Origin: a virus
Taxonomy: Duplodnaviria > Heunggongvirae > Uroviricota > Caudoviricetes
Virus record (IMG/VR): IMGVR_UViG_3300029544_000001
Length of the DNA: 64,000 nt
Reading direction: 5' to 3' (one strand)
Shown: positions 46,899-57,799 of the stretch, piece after piece
Layout: every line of letters begins with the position of its first letter
How positions within the stretch are numbered: the stretch's first letter is position 1
Position numbers and translations under genes: made by a program
The notes under the pieces: generated by a model
What the model was told of the DNA's origin: nothing
What the model saw: the letters and a program-made list of their open reading frames with translations, nothing else
The model's database searches: none

Positions 46899-47226
46899 AC
46901 GTTCTATTGTTTTTATTATATTTCCATTTTTTACGATTCATCGCCATCGTAGGATATGTCTGACGTTCGATACCACATAATTTGTCATATTCCTCTAACT
47001 TTAATGAACCTATATCTGATAATTCTATTTCAACATTACTGCCTATATATCTAAAATAATACATACCATTGGAAATCAATGTACCGACACAGGCCTTAGA
47101 AATATTTCCAGGCTTTAAACCGCTGATTTTAGCTGCCTCATTTACTGAAGCAGCCATAAGAGCCAATGTTTTTCTGCGATTAAATATTAAGACAGCTTTG
47201 GGTTTACGAAAAATCTTCTCTGCCAT
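46879..47226 (-). CDS. protein with homing-endonuclease-associated DNA-binding module (NUMOD/IENR-like); no nuclease domain seen
   Basis: [49 protein letters not shown]. Confidence 0.35.
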   Translation of the reverse strand: MAEKIFRKPKAVLIFNRRKTLALMAASVNEAAKISGLKPGNISKACVGTLISNGMYYFRYIGSNVEIELSDIGSLKLEEYDKLCGIERQTYPTMAMNRKKWKYNKNNRTYESKSL

Positions 47227-47668
47227 CCCAAATTTGTTTGAGCAATTCTGGAGGAAGCCTTTTCTTTACCAACGAAATTAAATGTGTATCTGACACAACA
47301 ACTCCAGTAACAAACATTTCGTCTATTATTTCATTGATATATGCGCAGAATTGCGGATCAACATAAGATAAAAACGGATAGCATAAACATCCGTCAATCA
47401 ATTGATGCCCCTCCGTGTTGATTGATACCAGTTTCTCTAAAGGCAACTTGTAAGTTTCTGCAATAGCCTTGATTTGGAAATCAAACTTATGAAAGAAGTC
47501 TTCTATGCTTAATTTATTGTCGGGGTCTTTAGATTGGAGATAATATGTAGCATCAAAAATTCTGCTACCATCAAAATGAGTTCCAAAAAGGAGATTAGGA
47601 AATTCCGGGAGTGAGACTTCTGTACATTTGATATTTATAATTTTCCCGGTTCCCTTAGGAGAAGTCAT
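47204..47668 (-). CDS. hypothetical protein
   Basis: 154 aa. Confidence 0.4.
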   Translation of the reverse strand: MTSPKGTGKIINIKCTEVSLPEFPNLLFGTHFDGSRIFDATYYLQSKDPDNKLSIEDFFHKFDFQIKAIAETYKLPLEKLVSINTEGHQLIDGCLCYPFLSYVDPQFCAYINEIIDEMFVTGVVVSDTHLISLVKKRLPPELLKQIWDGREDFS

Positions 47669-48201
47669 TATACCCTAATGTTGTTTTGATGAGTTTCAGG
47701 TGTAACCATGACCGATTGTGCTTTGTCATATTTGACATTGCGAATAGTATATTCACGTGTTTCCCCAGCCCGTTTTAAGTAAGTGCGAATATTTTCTATC
47801 GCTTCAGATGAAGAATAAGCCGGTACATAAATTGTACTGTTGGAACTTTTGGTTTTACCAGTCTTTTCGTCCACATCATAATAAACAAGAGATACTTGAT
47901 ACAACCCAACTTCTGTATCTTCACTTTCTTCAAAAAAATAGGATATTAATCCACAAATTAGTTCAGTATCAGTAGCAAATGTATCGTTATAAGCAACTTC
48001 TGAAATTTTGGTGCGGACAATTTCTATATCTACATCACCAAACTCATCTTTTCCTTCAGCCAACTTATATGCGATTTGTTCTGCTTCGGTATAGCATGTA
48101 GCCATTACCAGATCTTCTGATTTGATGGGAACAATAGCACCTAGATCATTTGTGCCTTTGTATGCCATCTTAATGCGAAAATAATTAAAATCTTTACTCA
48201 T
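47668..48201 (-). CDS. hypothetical protein
   Basis: 177 aa. Confidence 0.4.
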   Translation of the reverse strand: MSKDFNYFRIKMAYKGTNDLGAIVPIKSEDLVMATCYTEAEQIAYKLAEGKDEFGDVDIEIVRTKISEVAYNDTFATDTELICGLISYFFEESEDTEVGLYQVSLVYYDVDEKTGKTKSSNSTIYVPAYSSSEAIENIRTYLKRAGETREYTIRNVKYDKAQSVMVTPETHQNNIRV

Positions 48202-48423
48202 TTTAATGACGTATTATTTGTTAAACATTAAATTATCGACGCAAAGATATTTTATTTTATCATATTGACAATACAAAAACATATATTTAACACATATTTT
48301 ATAGCTATATGTCTATAATACTGATATTTATAAATTCCAAATTATAATACATATACTCCTACCCTATCATATATATAGAAACCAACTTTAGACTCGCTAT
48401 CTATTCTTTCAAAAACTCTTAAT

Positions 48424-49761
48424 ATGAATGTAATTAGTGCAGAAACAACATTTCACGGCACTCCTTTAGAAAGCATATTTAAAACTAGCAAAAAAACTAT
48501 TCAAGAATATGTTAGGGAGATTGACCGTCATTGTAGATACAAATCCATTCAATCCCAAGTAACACGCGGGGTTGTTTTAGATGATCGTGGCCCACTGATA
48601 GATTTATACGAAGCATGTGTAGAGCAGGATGCTCATTTACGTGCAGTATTAGAAACTGTAGAATCACAGATTATAGGCGAACGATACATGTTGGCAAGAC
48701 AAAATGAACGAGGAAAATATATTAAGGATGTAGAAGAAACCAAAAAGATACAAGGTTCTCAATTCACTAAAATCATAAAAGGTATTGTTGAAGCCAAATG
48801 GTACGGTTACACCTTATTAGAAATAATGCCTGATATTAATCCTTTAACAGGAAAGCTAGCTGAAGTAAATATTATTGAGAGAAGAAATGTATTGGCAAGT
48901 CAATTACGAGTTGTGCAAAGACAAGGGCAGTGGAATCCTGGATGGGATATTGCTTCATCGCAATATTCCAAGAATTATATACTTATTGATAATGGTGATT
49001 TGGGGCTATTCTCTGCAACTACTCCAACTATCCTTGCAAAAAAATTCACTCTTGCTAATTATGTTAATTTTAGTCATACTTATGGCCAGCCTATCATACA
49101 TGGTAAGACTGAATCAGAAAGCATTCAAGATCGACAACGATTAGCACAAAACATTGCAAATGCAGCTCAGAATAAAATAATAGTTACAGGATTGAACGAT
49201 GATATTGACATTAAGACATTTACAATGTCAAATTCCGAACACATATATACTAGTTTAATAAATTTTGCCAATACAGAAGTTTCTAATCTGATAGTTGGCT
49301 CTGAATCTATGGCTGGAGCAACCCAATCTTATGTTGGATCAACAAATGCTCACCAAGACATTTTTCGGGAGCGCATAGAGATGTATCGCGGTTTCATTGA
49401 AAATGTAATGAATGAAGAGATCGTTCCTAGATTAGTATCTATGGGATATATCAAGCCGGGATTAGAATTCAAATATGCCAACCGTGTAGAAATGAGTAAT
49501 AAAGACAAGATTAGCTTATATTCTTTTATTACAGATAAGTATGAAGTATCAGCAGATGAAATCGAAAAAGAATTTGGTATTGTCGTAGGGAAACAATTTA
49601 ACGCTATATCGGAAATGGCAAGTAATAGCGGGAGTATAAATGGAAGTTCCAATGATAGACGCATTATGTCCGATGAAGAATATTACAAAAGATATGGGCA
49701 TAGACGTGGCGAACGAAAAAATTCAAGCAACGTTGAAAATTTTCTAATGGAAGGAGAATAA
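48424..49761 (+). CDS. portal protein (Mu gp29/DUF935-like)
   Basis: 445 aa; first gene of the rightward head module, followed directly by a Mu-F-like gene. Confidence 0.5.
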   Translation: MNVISAETTFHGTPLESIFKTSKKTIQEYVREIDRHCRYKSIQSQVTRGVVLDDRGPLIDLYEACVEQDAHLRAVLETVESQIIGERYMLARQNERGKYIKDVEETKKIQGSQFTKIIKGIVEAKWYGYTLLEIMPDINPLTGKLAEVNIIERRNVLASQLRVVQRQGQWNPGWDIASSQYSKNYILIDNGDLGLFSATTPTILAKKFTLANYVNFSHTYGQPIIHGKTESESIQDRQRLAQNIANAAQNKIIVTGLNDDIDIKTFTMSNSEHIYTSLINFANTEVSNLIVGSESMAGATQSYVGSTNAHQDIFRERIEMYRGFIENVMNEEIVPRLVSMGYIKPGLEFKYANRVEMSNKDKISLYSFITDKYEVSADEIEKEFGIVVGKQFNAISEMASNSGSINGSSNDRRIMSDEEYYKRYGHRRGERKNSSNVENFLMEGE

Positions 49762-49907
49762 AAGATAGCACTTCTCCTTCCGTCCTTGCAGAATCTAAAT
49801 CAAACAAAGATGAAGAGAATGCTGAATACCTTGCTATCTATGCTGTTTTCCAGAAGTTTTTACAGGACTATGGCAATATAGAGGATCGTTGGGATTTATT
49901 AGAAGAA

Positions 49908-50621
49908 ATGATGACGTTACGTGCGGAATTTGCATTTAATCATGCAATCAAAGGTTTTGGTATGGACTTTGAAAAAGCACTGGAATTACTTCGTAATCAC
50001 AATGATGGATTAACCAAATTAGAAAAAGAGCAACGTAATATATTAGTAGCTGCATTAGATAATCTTGTTGATTTTGCAGTAGCTGAAGAATTTCAGATGT
50101 TGGAGAACCTTCCAGACAATTTTAATATTGACAATGAAGCAGATCTGACAGAAGCTGAAAATGTTTTTCACAGATACAATAGCATATACGCGAATATTGA
50201 AAACGAAGATATTGAATATGCGATGGGAATTGCTGCTGGTTGGATTTTGTATAGTAATAATACAGTGTTAACATATATGACACAGGGAGACAATAGGGTT
50301 CGCCCTTGGCATCTTGCATTAGAAGGGACTAGCTACCGCAAAGCATCTTTCCCAGCATGGTTAATCCCCCCAATTGAACATGGATGCCGTTGTTTTCTAG
50401 TGGAAGAAAGTGCTGACGTTCTCAACCAATCCAAATTATCACAGGTGATGGGACAAATTATTGAGATGCCCGATTTTGTTAATCCAGTATTTAAAGAAAG
50501 TGTAGCAAAAGGTGGGCGAATATTTAGTGATGCACATTCATACTTTATTATTCCTAAAAAGCATAAAAAGAGGCTGCGCACCATTGCTAATAAAATTAAG
50601 GACAAATGGCTGGAAAAGTAA
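49908..50621 (+). CDS. head morphogenesis protein, Phage_Mu_F/SPP1 gp7 family
   Basis: RVRPWHLALEGTSYRKASFPAWLIPPIEHGCRCFLVE. Confidence 0.7.
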   Translation: MMTLRAEFAFNHAIKGFGMDFEKALELLRNHNDGLTKLEKEQRNILVAALDNLVDFAVAEEFQMLENLPDNFNIDNEADLTEAENVFHRYNSIYANIENEDIEYAMGIAAGWILYSNNTVLTYMTQGDNRVRPWHLALEGTSYRKASFPAWLIPPIEHGCRCFLVEESADVLNQSKLSQVMGQIIEMPDFVNPVFKESVAKGGRIFSDAHSYFIIPKKHKKRLRTIANKIKDKWLEK

Positions 50622-51100
50622 TAACTCCAAGACAATTAGCTCAACAATGGTTGAGGTTGCCTAATAAATTTGAAGTTAATGTATTCAATTTTGAAATATT
50701 GGTAGGTAATGCCGCAAAAAAAATATTTAGAGACTCTTTTTATCTCCGGCGGTTCAATTCATCCGGAACTTTTTCTTGGCAATCCAGACGTGATCATAAG
50801 CCACACCCTATATTGGAAGAAACAGGAGCATTAAAACATTCAATAGTATGGGAACGCTTTTATTCTAATAAGAATCGTGGTGTTAAATTATTCACAGATC
50901 CAGACATGTTCAAATTTAGTAATAGGCAATATGGAAGAAACTTTTGTTATGCAGCAATACATAATGAAGGAGGGAAAATTGCCAAACCCGGTTCTCCAGC
51001 ATCCTATATTAGACAAAGGCAATTTATAGGATATTCTACAACCGTAGCTGATAAAATTTCATCTTACAGTATTCGTATTTTTGATGGCTTTCCAAAATGA
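50606..51100 (+). CDS. putative virion morphogenesis protein (Mu gpG-like), uncertain
   Basis: 164 aa; position between the Mu-F and protease genes. Confidence 0.3.
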   Translation: MAGKVITPRQLAQQWLRLPNKFEVNVFNFEILVGNAAKKIFRDSFYLRRFNSSGTFSWQSRRDHKPHPILEETGALKHSIVWERFYSNKNRGVKLFTDPDMFKFSNRQYGRNFCYAAIHNEGGKIAKPGSPASYIRQRQFIGYSTTVADKISSYSIRIFDGFPK

Positions 51101-51870
51101 TAGTAGATAAATATAAAACAGATTTACCGGACAGTTTAAAAGACACGCCTGCAAAAGACACCTCTCCCCTTCCCGATGATGACGATACTACTTTGGAGGA
51201 AGTAGACAACAACCCTTTAGAGGATGTGTATTTAGCAGTAAAACGTGTATTAGAGTCCTTACATACAGACCCTAACGATAATAATTCGCCCAAACTATTC
51301 CAAACTGTAAAAATAGATAACGGACAGTTTGAACGTATTGTTCGTACTCGTGGTAATACAGAATATGCTATACCTTTTCCTGCGGCATTTATTCGGTTTG
51401 TAAATGTACGTTATTTAGTTGCCCAACAAAGAATTGGAGAAGGGCGTGCCACTATGCGTATCAGATTTGTACTTAATGATTTAAACAATAGTGACGATAT
51501 TGTTGAGACACATGGATTTCGCGTTTTTCAACAGATTAATGATGCAATTCAAGATGCGAAAGATTATGAAGAAGCATTAAATGAACGTTGCAATCTTACC
51601 TATTTTGATATGCCGGAATCTTTAGATCATGGGCTACAGCCATACTGGATTGACTACGAGATATGGTTTAGAACATCTTCTTCTTTCCAGTATCGCAAAT
51701 GGGTAGACAGGTATTTAGTTATGCCCCCATTCACTAACCATTCTGATGCACCAGAACATGATTCAGAAGCACATGGTAATCACAAGGAACCTAAAATCGA
51801 AGATGTAGCTAAGTATGAACCTTCTGTAGAAATGCCTTCAACTGCTCCTCCAACCGATCAAGTCGAATAA
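51097..51870 (+). CDS. hypothetical head-module protein with acidic N-terminus
   Basis: 257 aa. Confidence 0.4.
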   Translation: MIVDKYKTDLPDSLKDTPAKDTSPLPDDDDTTLEEVDNNPLEDVYLAVKRVLESLHTDPNDNNSPKLFQTVKIDNGQFERIVRTRGNTEYAIPFPAAFIRFVNVRYLVAQQRIGEGRATMRIRFVLNDLNNSDDIVETHGFRVFQQINDAIQDAKDYEEALNERCNLTYFDMPESLDHGLQPYWIDYEIWFRTSSSFQYRKWVDRYLVMPPFTNHSDAPEHDSEAHGNHKEPKIEDVAKYEPSVEMPSTAPPTDQVE

Positions 51871-51922
51871 CAAACTTACAACCATTAAAGAAGCTGATAC
51901 CTATTCTTGTGAAAAAGCTCAA

Positions 51923-53194
51923 ATGAAAGTAGATGAATTAAAATATGTAGTTGGAGAAGCGCAAGAAGCAAAGCCGGTATATATGCGCTTCTATGGCAAA
52001 ATTGACGAAGAGAGCACACGTAATTTCAATGATGAATTTTTATGGATACAAGATTACGTTAAACCCTCGAAAATTGTAATCAGCATTAATAGTGAAGGTG
52101 GAAGCGTTCTGTACGGAATGGGAACATTCTCCATTATACAGCAATGTCCCATTGAAGTTGAAACAATTGTAGAAGGATTGGCAGCATCAATGGCTTCAGT
52201 ACTGTGGGCGGCAGGAACTCGTTCTTACATGCGTGACTATTCTATTTTAATGATCCATAACCCCTTCATACGTGACGAAAACTCACGCAACCCAGACAAT
52301 GAACAAATTGTAAATGCTTTTCAGAAACAGATTGAGACCATATATCATAAAAGATTTGGTCTGACGAAAGCTAAGGTTCGAGAAATCATGGATGGCAAAG
52401 AAGGTTGTGATGGAACTTACTTTGATGCAAAATCTGCCGTAAACGCCGGTATATTATCAGCAGAATGTGTTTTAAAAACCTCTAAACAGGTTTGTAATAA
52501 AGTAAAAGATCAAATTGAAGGAGTAGTGGAAGCGAACGCCCTTCAAAAAATCATGGCTTCTATCAATACAGAACTGGGCAATTTTAAACCACTTGATGAT
52601 TCCAGTTCTATTCCTAATCAAAATCAAATAGAAAATTCAAATTCACAAAAAACAATGGACAAAGAACAAGAATTTGCATTTGGTTCTGTATGCGCCCAGC
52701 TTGGTTTGGAGAAAAACTCTGAAGTTTCAGCTGTTATTACCCGAATTGACGCATTGAAAAATGCGGAAAACAAGGCAGCAGAAATTCAGGCTTCATACAA
52801 TGCTTTGAAAATTCAGAAAGAAGGATTGGATGCGCAACTTACCAATGTTCAAAACGAATTGACAACTGTCAAGAACGAATTGAAAAGTTACAAAGATGCT
52901 GAAGAAGCAAAACGTAAAGAAACTATCGAACAGTTCGTTGACAATGCAATTGCTGAAGGTAAAATCAATTCTGATGCAAAACCTAAATGGGTGGAAATGG
53001 CTCAAAACGATTTTGAGATGGTACAGGCAACACTGAATTCCATTCCAAAACGTGATAAAATTTCTGCTGAAATTGCAAATGATCCTGCCAACATTGAAAA
53101 TGCAGAAAATCAGATGACCGAGGCAGAAAAGAAAATGGCTAAGGCTGTTGAAGCTGTCGTAGGAACAGATTTCCAATTTAAAACACTTGACTAA
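51923..53194 (+). CDS. prohead protease (ClpP/S14-like) fused to a coiled-coil scaffold domain
   Basis: ISINSEGGSVLYG, GLAASMASVLW (Ser nucleophile), MIHNP; C-terminal coiled coil. Confidence 0.6.
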   Translation: MKVDELKYVVGEAQEAKPVYMRFYGKIDEESTRNFNDEFLWIQDYVKPSKIVISINSEGGSVLYGMGTFSIIQQCPIEVETIVEGLAASMASVLWAAGTRSYMRDYSILMIHNPFIRDENSRNPDNEQIVNAFQKQIETIYHKRFGLTKAKVREIMDGKEGCDGTYFDAKSAVNAGILSAECVLKTSKQVCNKVKDQIEGVVEANALQKIMASINTELGNFKPLDDSSSIPNQNQIENSNSQKTMDKEQEFAFGSVCAQLGLEKNSEVSAVITRIDALKNAENKAAEIQASYNALKIQKEGLDAQLTNVQNELTTVKNELKSYKDAEEAKRKETIEQFVDNAIAEGKINSDAKPKWVEMAQNDFEMVQATLNSIPKRDKISAEIANDPANIENAENQMTEAEKKMAKAVEAVVGTDFQFKTLD

Positions 53195-53214
53195 AACAAA
53201 ATAACATAAACAAC

Positions 53215-54285
53215 ATGGCAAGTTCAGTAAATTTTGCGCAAAACACATATTCTGGTGAGGTCCTTAATGACCTCCTGACATATACCGCGCAAGGGAATGA
53301 TACATACAAAGAAGGTTTGATTCATATCAAATCTGGAATCCAGTTCAAATACACCATCCCCACTATCCAATTGGGAAAAGTAATTCAAGATAACGTCCCC
53401 ACTCCAAACTCAACTCATGGCGCAGGAGCAGGAACTACTGGTGGATTGAACCAATACACATTAACAGAACGTTACCTGGAACCGCAAGAATTCATGGTGT
53501 ACCTTGAATTTAACCCCCGTGACTATGAAAAGTATTACAAATTTGCCCAGCCGGAAGGTAATTTGGTATTCCGTGACTTAGACCCCAAAGTACAAGCTAA
53601 AATGCTGCGCCTCTTGATGGATCGAAAGAATGAGTATATCGGTGAGTCTATTTGGTGCTCCGCAAAAGGTGGTTCAGCTGCCGCAAAAATTACCGCTCCT
53701 GAAGGTTGTACAACGATTGGAGGTGAAAATGCCGGTGGCCCAATGAAATACTTTGATGGTGCAATCAAACGTATTCTGGCAAATACCGCAACAAATGCAA
53801 CAGAGGTAGAGAAAGCTGGTGGACAAGTTATTATTGCCGGTACTACAGAATTGAGTACAGGTGCCAATGTAGAAGCCGCTCTCAATGCTATGTGGAAGAA
53901 ATGCCCGAAACAAATCCGTAAAAAAGCAGGACTGGTATTTGTATGTGGTTGGGATATTTGGGATTTATATGATCAATATCTAAGTGACAAAACAGTGAAA
54001 TACTCCGACAACACTAAGGTTAACGAGTATCGTTTTAAAGGTAAGCGTATTGTACCTATTGTCGGCATTCCAGAACATACTATCGTACTCGGAGAATTTA
54101 CTACCGGCATGGAATCTAACCTGTGGATGGGGGTTGACTATGCAAATGACGCTGAAGTAGTAAAGGTTGAACGGCTACAAGCTAACAGCGAATTGTATTT
54201 CTTCCAGATGCGAATGAAAATGGATGTAAACATCGTTCGTCCGGCAGAAATCGTAGCATGGACCGCTTACAAAAATGCAGAATAA
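53215..54285 (+). CDS. major capsid protein (assigned by position after protease/scaffold)
   Basis: 356 aa immediately downstream of the protease/scaffold gene. Confidence 0.5.
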   Translation: MASSVNFAQNTYSGEVLNDLLTYTAQGNDTYKEGLIHIKSGIQFKYTIPTIQLGKVIQDNVPTPNSTHGAGAGTTGGLNQYTLTERYLEPQEFMVYLEFNPRDYEKYYKFAQPEGNLVFRDLDPKVQAKMLRLLMDRKNEYIGESIWCSAKGGSAAAKITAPEGCTTIGGENAGGPMKYFDGAIKRILANTATNATEVEKAGGQVIIAGTTELSTGANVEAALNAMWKKCPKQIRKKAGLVFVCGWDIWDLYDQYLSDKTVKYSDNTKVNEYRFKGKRIVPIVGIPEHTIVLGEFTTGMESNLWMGVDYANDAEVVKVERLQANSELYFFQMRMKMDVNIVRPAEIVAWTAYKNAE

Positions 54286-54364
54286 CAAATTGAATTAAAT
54301 ATCTCATCATAGTTTATTACAAGGGAGTGGAGTCGGTACTCCATTCCCTTTTTTAATTTAAGTT

Positions 54365-54718
54365 ATGGCTAGAAAAAAGAATACAGAAACTCCGGTTACA
54401 GAAGAGGTTAAAACACAAGATCCTACAGTTACTTCAGAAACACCGGTTATTTCAAATGAAGAATCTGAAAAACAAGAGCAAGACACTGTTGAAACTCCAG
54501 ATACCTCCTCTATCAAAGAGCCTTCTCAAAAACCTGAAAAAAAAGACAAAACAAAAGAAGAGGATGAAATACCAGAATTCGTAAAAGAACTATTACAAAA
54601 ATATCCTGGCTATCCAGCATTGTATATTGATTCCAAAGGTGGTGTATTCACCGCAGATGCACAACCTAATTGGGTGAAGGATGCTATTCTTTATCAAAAT
54701 CCGTATTACAAACAATAA
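54365..54718 (+). CDS. acidic low-complexity structural protein
   Basis: 117 aa; T/E/P/K-rich. Confidence 0.35.
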   Translation: MARKKNTETPVTEEVKTQDPTVTSETPVISNEESEKQEQDTVETPDTSSIKEPSQKPEKKDKTKEEDEIPEFVKELLQKYPGYPALYIDSKGGVFTADAQPNWVKDAILYQNPYYKQ

Positions 54719-54729
54719 AATTTACAAAT

Positions 54730-56043
54730 ATGGCATTAGGTGGCGTTTTTATGAGTGATACCGATGGAAACATTGGAACAAGCTCTACAACCTCAACTGA
54801 AAAAGTCACAGGTTTGCTGTTTGATATTTCCAAACAAGCTAAATTCTTTGAAGAAGGTGCTGGTTTGGCCGTAAAAGACAAATTACAAGGTAATGTTATT
54901 GAAATCAACTCTATGGATGATTTGAAAGAACTTGGCATTACCGCATACTCCGGTGACACTGAAAAGGATTTACTGTTTGGAATTCCTTATTATCATATCA
55001 ATCATTTCTTTGGAATACAAGGAAGCACAGGACGTTTGTTTATCATGTTTGCAGACTGTGGTGTAGATTGGAATGCTATAGAACAAATGCAACGCGCAGC
55101 ACATGGTATGATTAACCAACTCGGTGTTTGGACTGAACAATCGTTGTGGAAACAAACAGATCCGGAAGCAGAAACATATAGCATTGACCTAGTTACAGAT
55201 CTGCAATCCAAAGCTGCGTCTTTAGCTGATGAAAATGCTCCTTTATCAATCTTGTTATGTGCAAATTCCGCAGTAATTGCAACAGCTGAAGAATCTGTGA
55301 AGAAAGTAGAACTGGGCAAAATACCTACGTGTGTCATTAATGCTCGGTTTGTCAGTGTATTGCTTGGCCAGGGATTAGACGCTGATGTATCAGCTATGCA
55401 GCTTGCTAACCCGAACCTCACTCCTGTAGGAAATATTGGAGCCGCACTCGGATGTATCGCTTCAGCAAGCGTACAAGAATCATTCGCATGGGTAAATAAG
55501 TTCAATTTGATTGGTTATTTCCCAGATATTGAAATGGGATTCGGAGATGTCACTTTAAATAGCGAGGATAAGTTAACAAGTACATTAAAGTACTCATCTT
55601 TGAATAAAATCCAATTGGATGATCTGGACGATAAGGGATATGTCTTCTTGTGCAAATATTCTGGTTTGGAAAGCGGAGTCTTTTTCTCTAAAGACCAAAC
55701 GTGTTCAAACGGAGATTACCGAACAGTTGCTAGAAACCGTACAATTCATAAGTCAAGACGCGCTGTACGTAACGCATTATTACCTTATGTCAACTCTCCG
55801 TTGAAAGTAGACCCCAGCACTGGATATTTATCTTCTGCAAAGATTACGATGTTTCAAAATATTGTTTCTGACATCCTCACAACCATGCAGACTAATGAAG
55901 AAATCTCTGGCTTTTCTGTAACAATTGATAAGAATCAAAATGTATTAAAGAATGATACACTGATCATTAAATATTCACTTGTTCCGGTGGGTGTAGCGTC
56001 CCGTATTGAAGTAGTCGAGGGCTTGGCATTAACCAATAAATAA
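54730..56043 (+). CDS. putative tail sheath protein (start trimmed to MALGGVFM)
   Basis: 437 aa; precedes the putative tube, G/GT chaperone and tape measure in canonical contractile-tail order. Confidence 0.4.
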   Translation: MALGGVFMSDTDGNIGTSSTTSTEKVTGLLFDISKQAKFFEEGAGLAVKDKLQGNVIEINSMDDLKELGITAYSGDTEKDLLFGIPYYHINHFFGIQGSTGRLFIMFADCGVDWNAIEQMQRAAHGMINQLGVWTEQSLWKQTDPEAETYSIDLVTDLQSKAASLADENAPLSILLCANSAVIATAEESVKKVELGKIPTCVINARFVSVLLGQGLDADVSAMQLANPNLTPVGNIGAALGCIASASVQESFAWVNKFNLIGYFPDIEMGFGDVTLNSEDKLTSTLKYSSLNKIQLDDLDDKGYVFLCKYSGLESGVFFSKDQTCSNGDYRTVARNRTIHKSRRAVRNALLPYVNSPLKVDPSTGYLSSAKITMFQNIVSDILTTMQTNEEISGFSVTIDKNQNVLKNDTLIIKYSLVPVGVASRIEVVEGLALTNK

Positions 56044-56051
56044 TTAACAAG

Positions 56052-56513
56052 ATGGCAATAATTAACAATGTAGCATACAGCTGGTCTATGATCCGCATTT
56101 CCATACCAGCATTGGATATTTCAGAAGATTCTACTATTATGCAAGGAGTTTCTGAAATCAAGTGGAACAAGACTCGTAAAGTTGAAAACAACTACGGTAT
56201 TGGAGGAAATGCTATCAATCGTGGTTTTGGCAATAAAACCTGTACAGCCTCCATTACAATGGATTATAATACCGTTTCCCAACTCCGAGCATTGGCTGGT
56301 TCTTTAATGGATTTGGGAGAATTTGACTTGATCATCTCATTTACTAATGCTTATGCCGGTGAAGACTGGACCGCCGAAACTGTAACGCTAAAGGGATGCC
56401 TCTTTAACGAAGACGGAATGGAAAGTAAACAAGATGATACAAACATTACAAAAGAATTCAATTTGAATCCTTTCGACATTATCACAGGAGAAGGAACTAG
56501 TTCTTGGCTATAA
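56052..56513 (+). CDS. putative tail tube protein
   Basis: 153 aa directly after the sheath candidate. Confidence 0.4.
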   Translation: MAIINNVAYSWSMIRISIPALDISEDSTIMQGVSEIKWNKTRKVENNYGIGGNAINRGFGNKTCTASITMDYNTVSQLRALAGSLMDLGEFDLIISFTNAYAGEDWTAETVTLKGCLFNEDGMESKQDDTNITKEFNLNPFDIITGEGTSSWL

Positions 56514-56583
56514 CTTCTAGTATAATACGTTTTTGAAAAGGCGAGTTGAAAACGGCTCGCTTTTCATTTTATCTATAAAATAA

Positions 56584-56612
56584 AAAGGGATGCGTTAACA
56601 CATCCCTTTATT
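56584..56612. terminator. bidirectional intrinsic terminator AGGGATG-loop-CATCCCT flanked by A5 and TTTATT; a weaker hairpin at 56541-56564 precedes it
   Basis: 7-bp stem with U-runs on both strands; separates the + tube gene from the - Abi gene. Confidence 0.6.
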
Positions 56613-56681
56613 ATCCGTTTTATAGTGCAGAATTGACGACTAAGCTCAAATATGCACTTTTTACGTTGCAAAAATAATGTT

Positions 56682-57572
56682 TTATTTCCAATCTACAAAA
56701 TTCAGTAAGTGTATTTTTGAGCAATCCTTAATTATTTGGTTTGTTTTACCACTTCTTTTTATGTTTACCAGATGATTTATGTCTTGTTCAAGCTCTTTTT
56801 GCCTATTTATTGATATTTTACCAAGTATATAATCAATAACACCAATAATGCCACTAACATATTGCCGGGATTGATTATCGACATTTGCTGGATGTACCTT
56901 TACGCCCAATGGCAATGTGATATTATACAAACAACTACCATGTGCACATTTGTTTCTGATAAACATGATTGTTTCAAGATAATTCTTGAATATTCCTATT
57001 GTACAACCGTATTTGTTTGCTATCTGTAATTGAACATCTTTATCTCGCAAACTTTTGTACAACATGCAAACATTGCCGATTGTCATAAATTCCAACGTTT
57101 TCCATGCAGGTGCATATCGGTCATTTATGTGAGTTTTATGATGACGCAGAATAACCGGATTCTTAGAAATCTGTGCATACACCATATCGTCAAATGTATT
57201 GATAAAAGATGAAAGCATAATTGCAGGATCTACAAACCATGTAGGAGAATTTTTATAATGGTTTGATATAATATATGTGATAGTTGTGCGGATATTGACT
57301 TCTATTCTATTTAATGCGTTCAATAGAACCCTTCTCAAATCATAATCGAAATAATACAAATCCACAATTTCCTTAAAAGAAGTGCCTTTACACAGTTTAT
57401 GGTTGCGATTCCTTAGACTGGGAAAAGTTTTTTCAAACGGAAAAGAATAGAATCCCAATCTATAATACCCCACATCTAGTAAAATCTCCTTTGCCTTCTC
57501 TTCATCCTCAAAGACCATACCATGTTCTTTGAGTTTATTTATCTGTTCTTCTATATTCAATGCGTGTTTCAT
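56682..57572 (-). CDS. Abi_2-family abortive infection protein (AbiD/AbiF-like) inserted antisense in the tail module
   Basis: N-terminal MKHALNIEEQINKLKEHGMVFEDEEKAKEILLDVGYYRLGFYSFPFE matches the conserved Abi_2 start (..EQI..LK..G....DE.KA...L..I.YYRLS.Y); 296 aa. Confidence 0.7.
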   Translation of the reverse strand: MKHALNIEEQINKLKEHGMVFEDEEKAKEILLDVGYYRLGFYSFPFEKTFPSLRNRNHKLCKGTSFKEIVDLYYFDYDLRRVLLNALNRIEVNIRTTITYIISNHYKNSPTWFVDPAIMLSSFINTFDDMVYAQISKNPVILRHHKTHINDRYAPAWKTLEFMTIGNVCMLYKSLRDKDVQLQIANKYGCTIGIFKNYLETIMFIRNKCAHGSCLYNITLPLGVKVHPANVDNQSRQYVSGIIGVIDYILGKISINRQKELEQDINHLVNIKRSGKTNQIIKDCSKIHLLNFVDWK

Positions 57573-57799
57573 ATAACAAAATATCTCATAAAAATAATAA
57601 AAGCCACTTATGAGTGGCTCATTTCCTTACAAGAAAGTAAGGCGTTGCTTTTTATATGTTGTAAAGGTAATAGATTTTATTTTATATACCAAATAAAATA
57701 ATACAGAGAATATACATTTAACATTTTATTTGCATTCACACACAACCTACCAACATTATAATTACTATTCTTGGATAAACATCAATAATCATAATTATA

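Noticed and set aside
54670-54729. ORF-track start at 54670 for the putative sheath gene
   Set aside because: It overlaps the previous gene by 48 nt. ATG at 54730 (MALGGVFM) follows the upstream stop directly.
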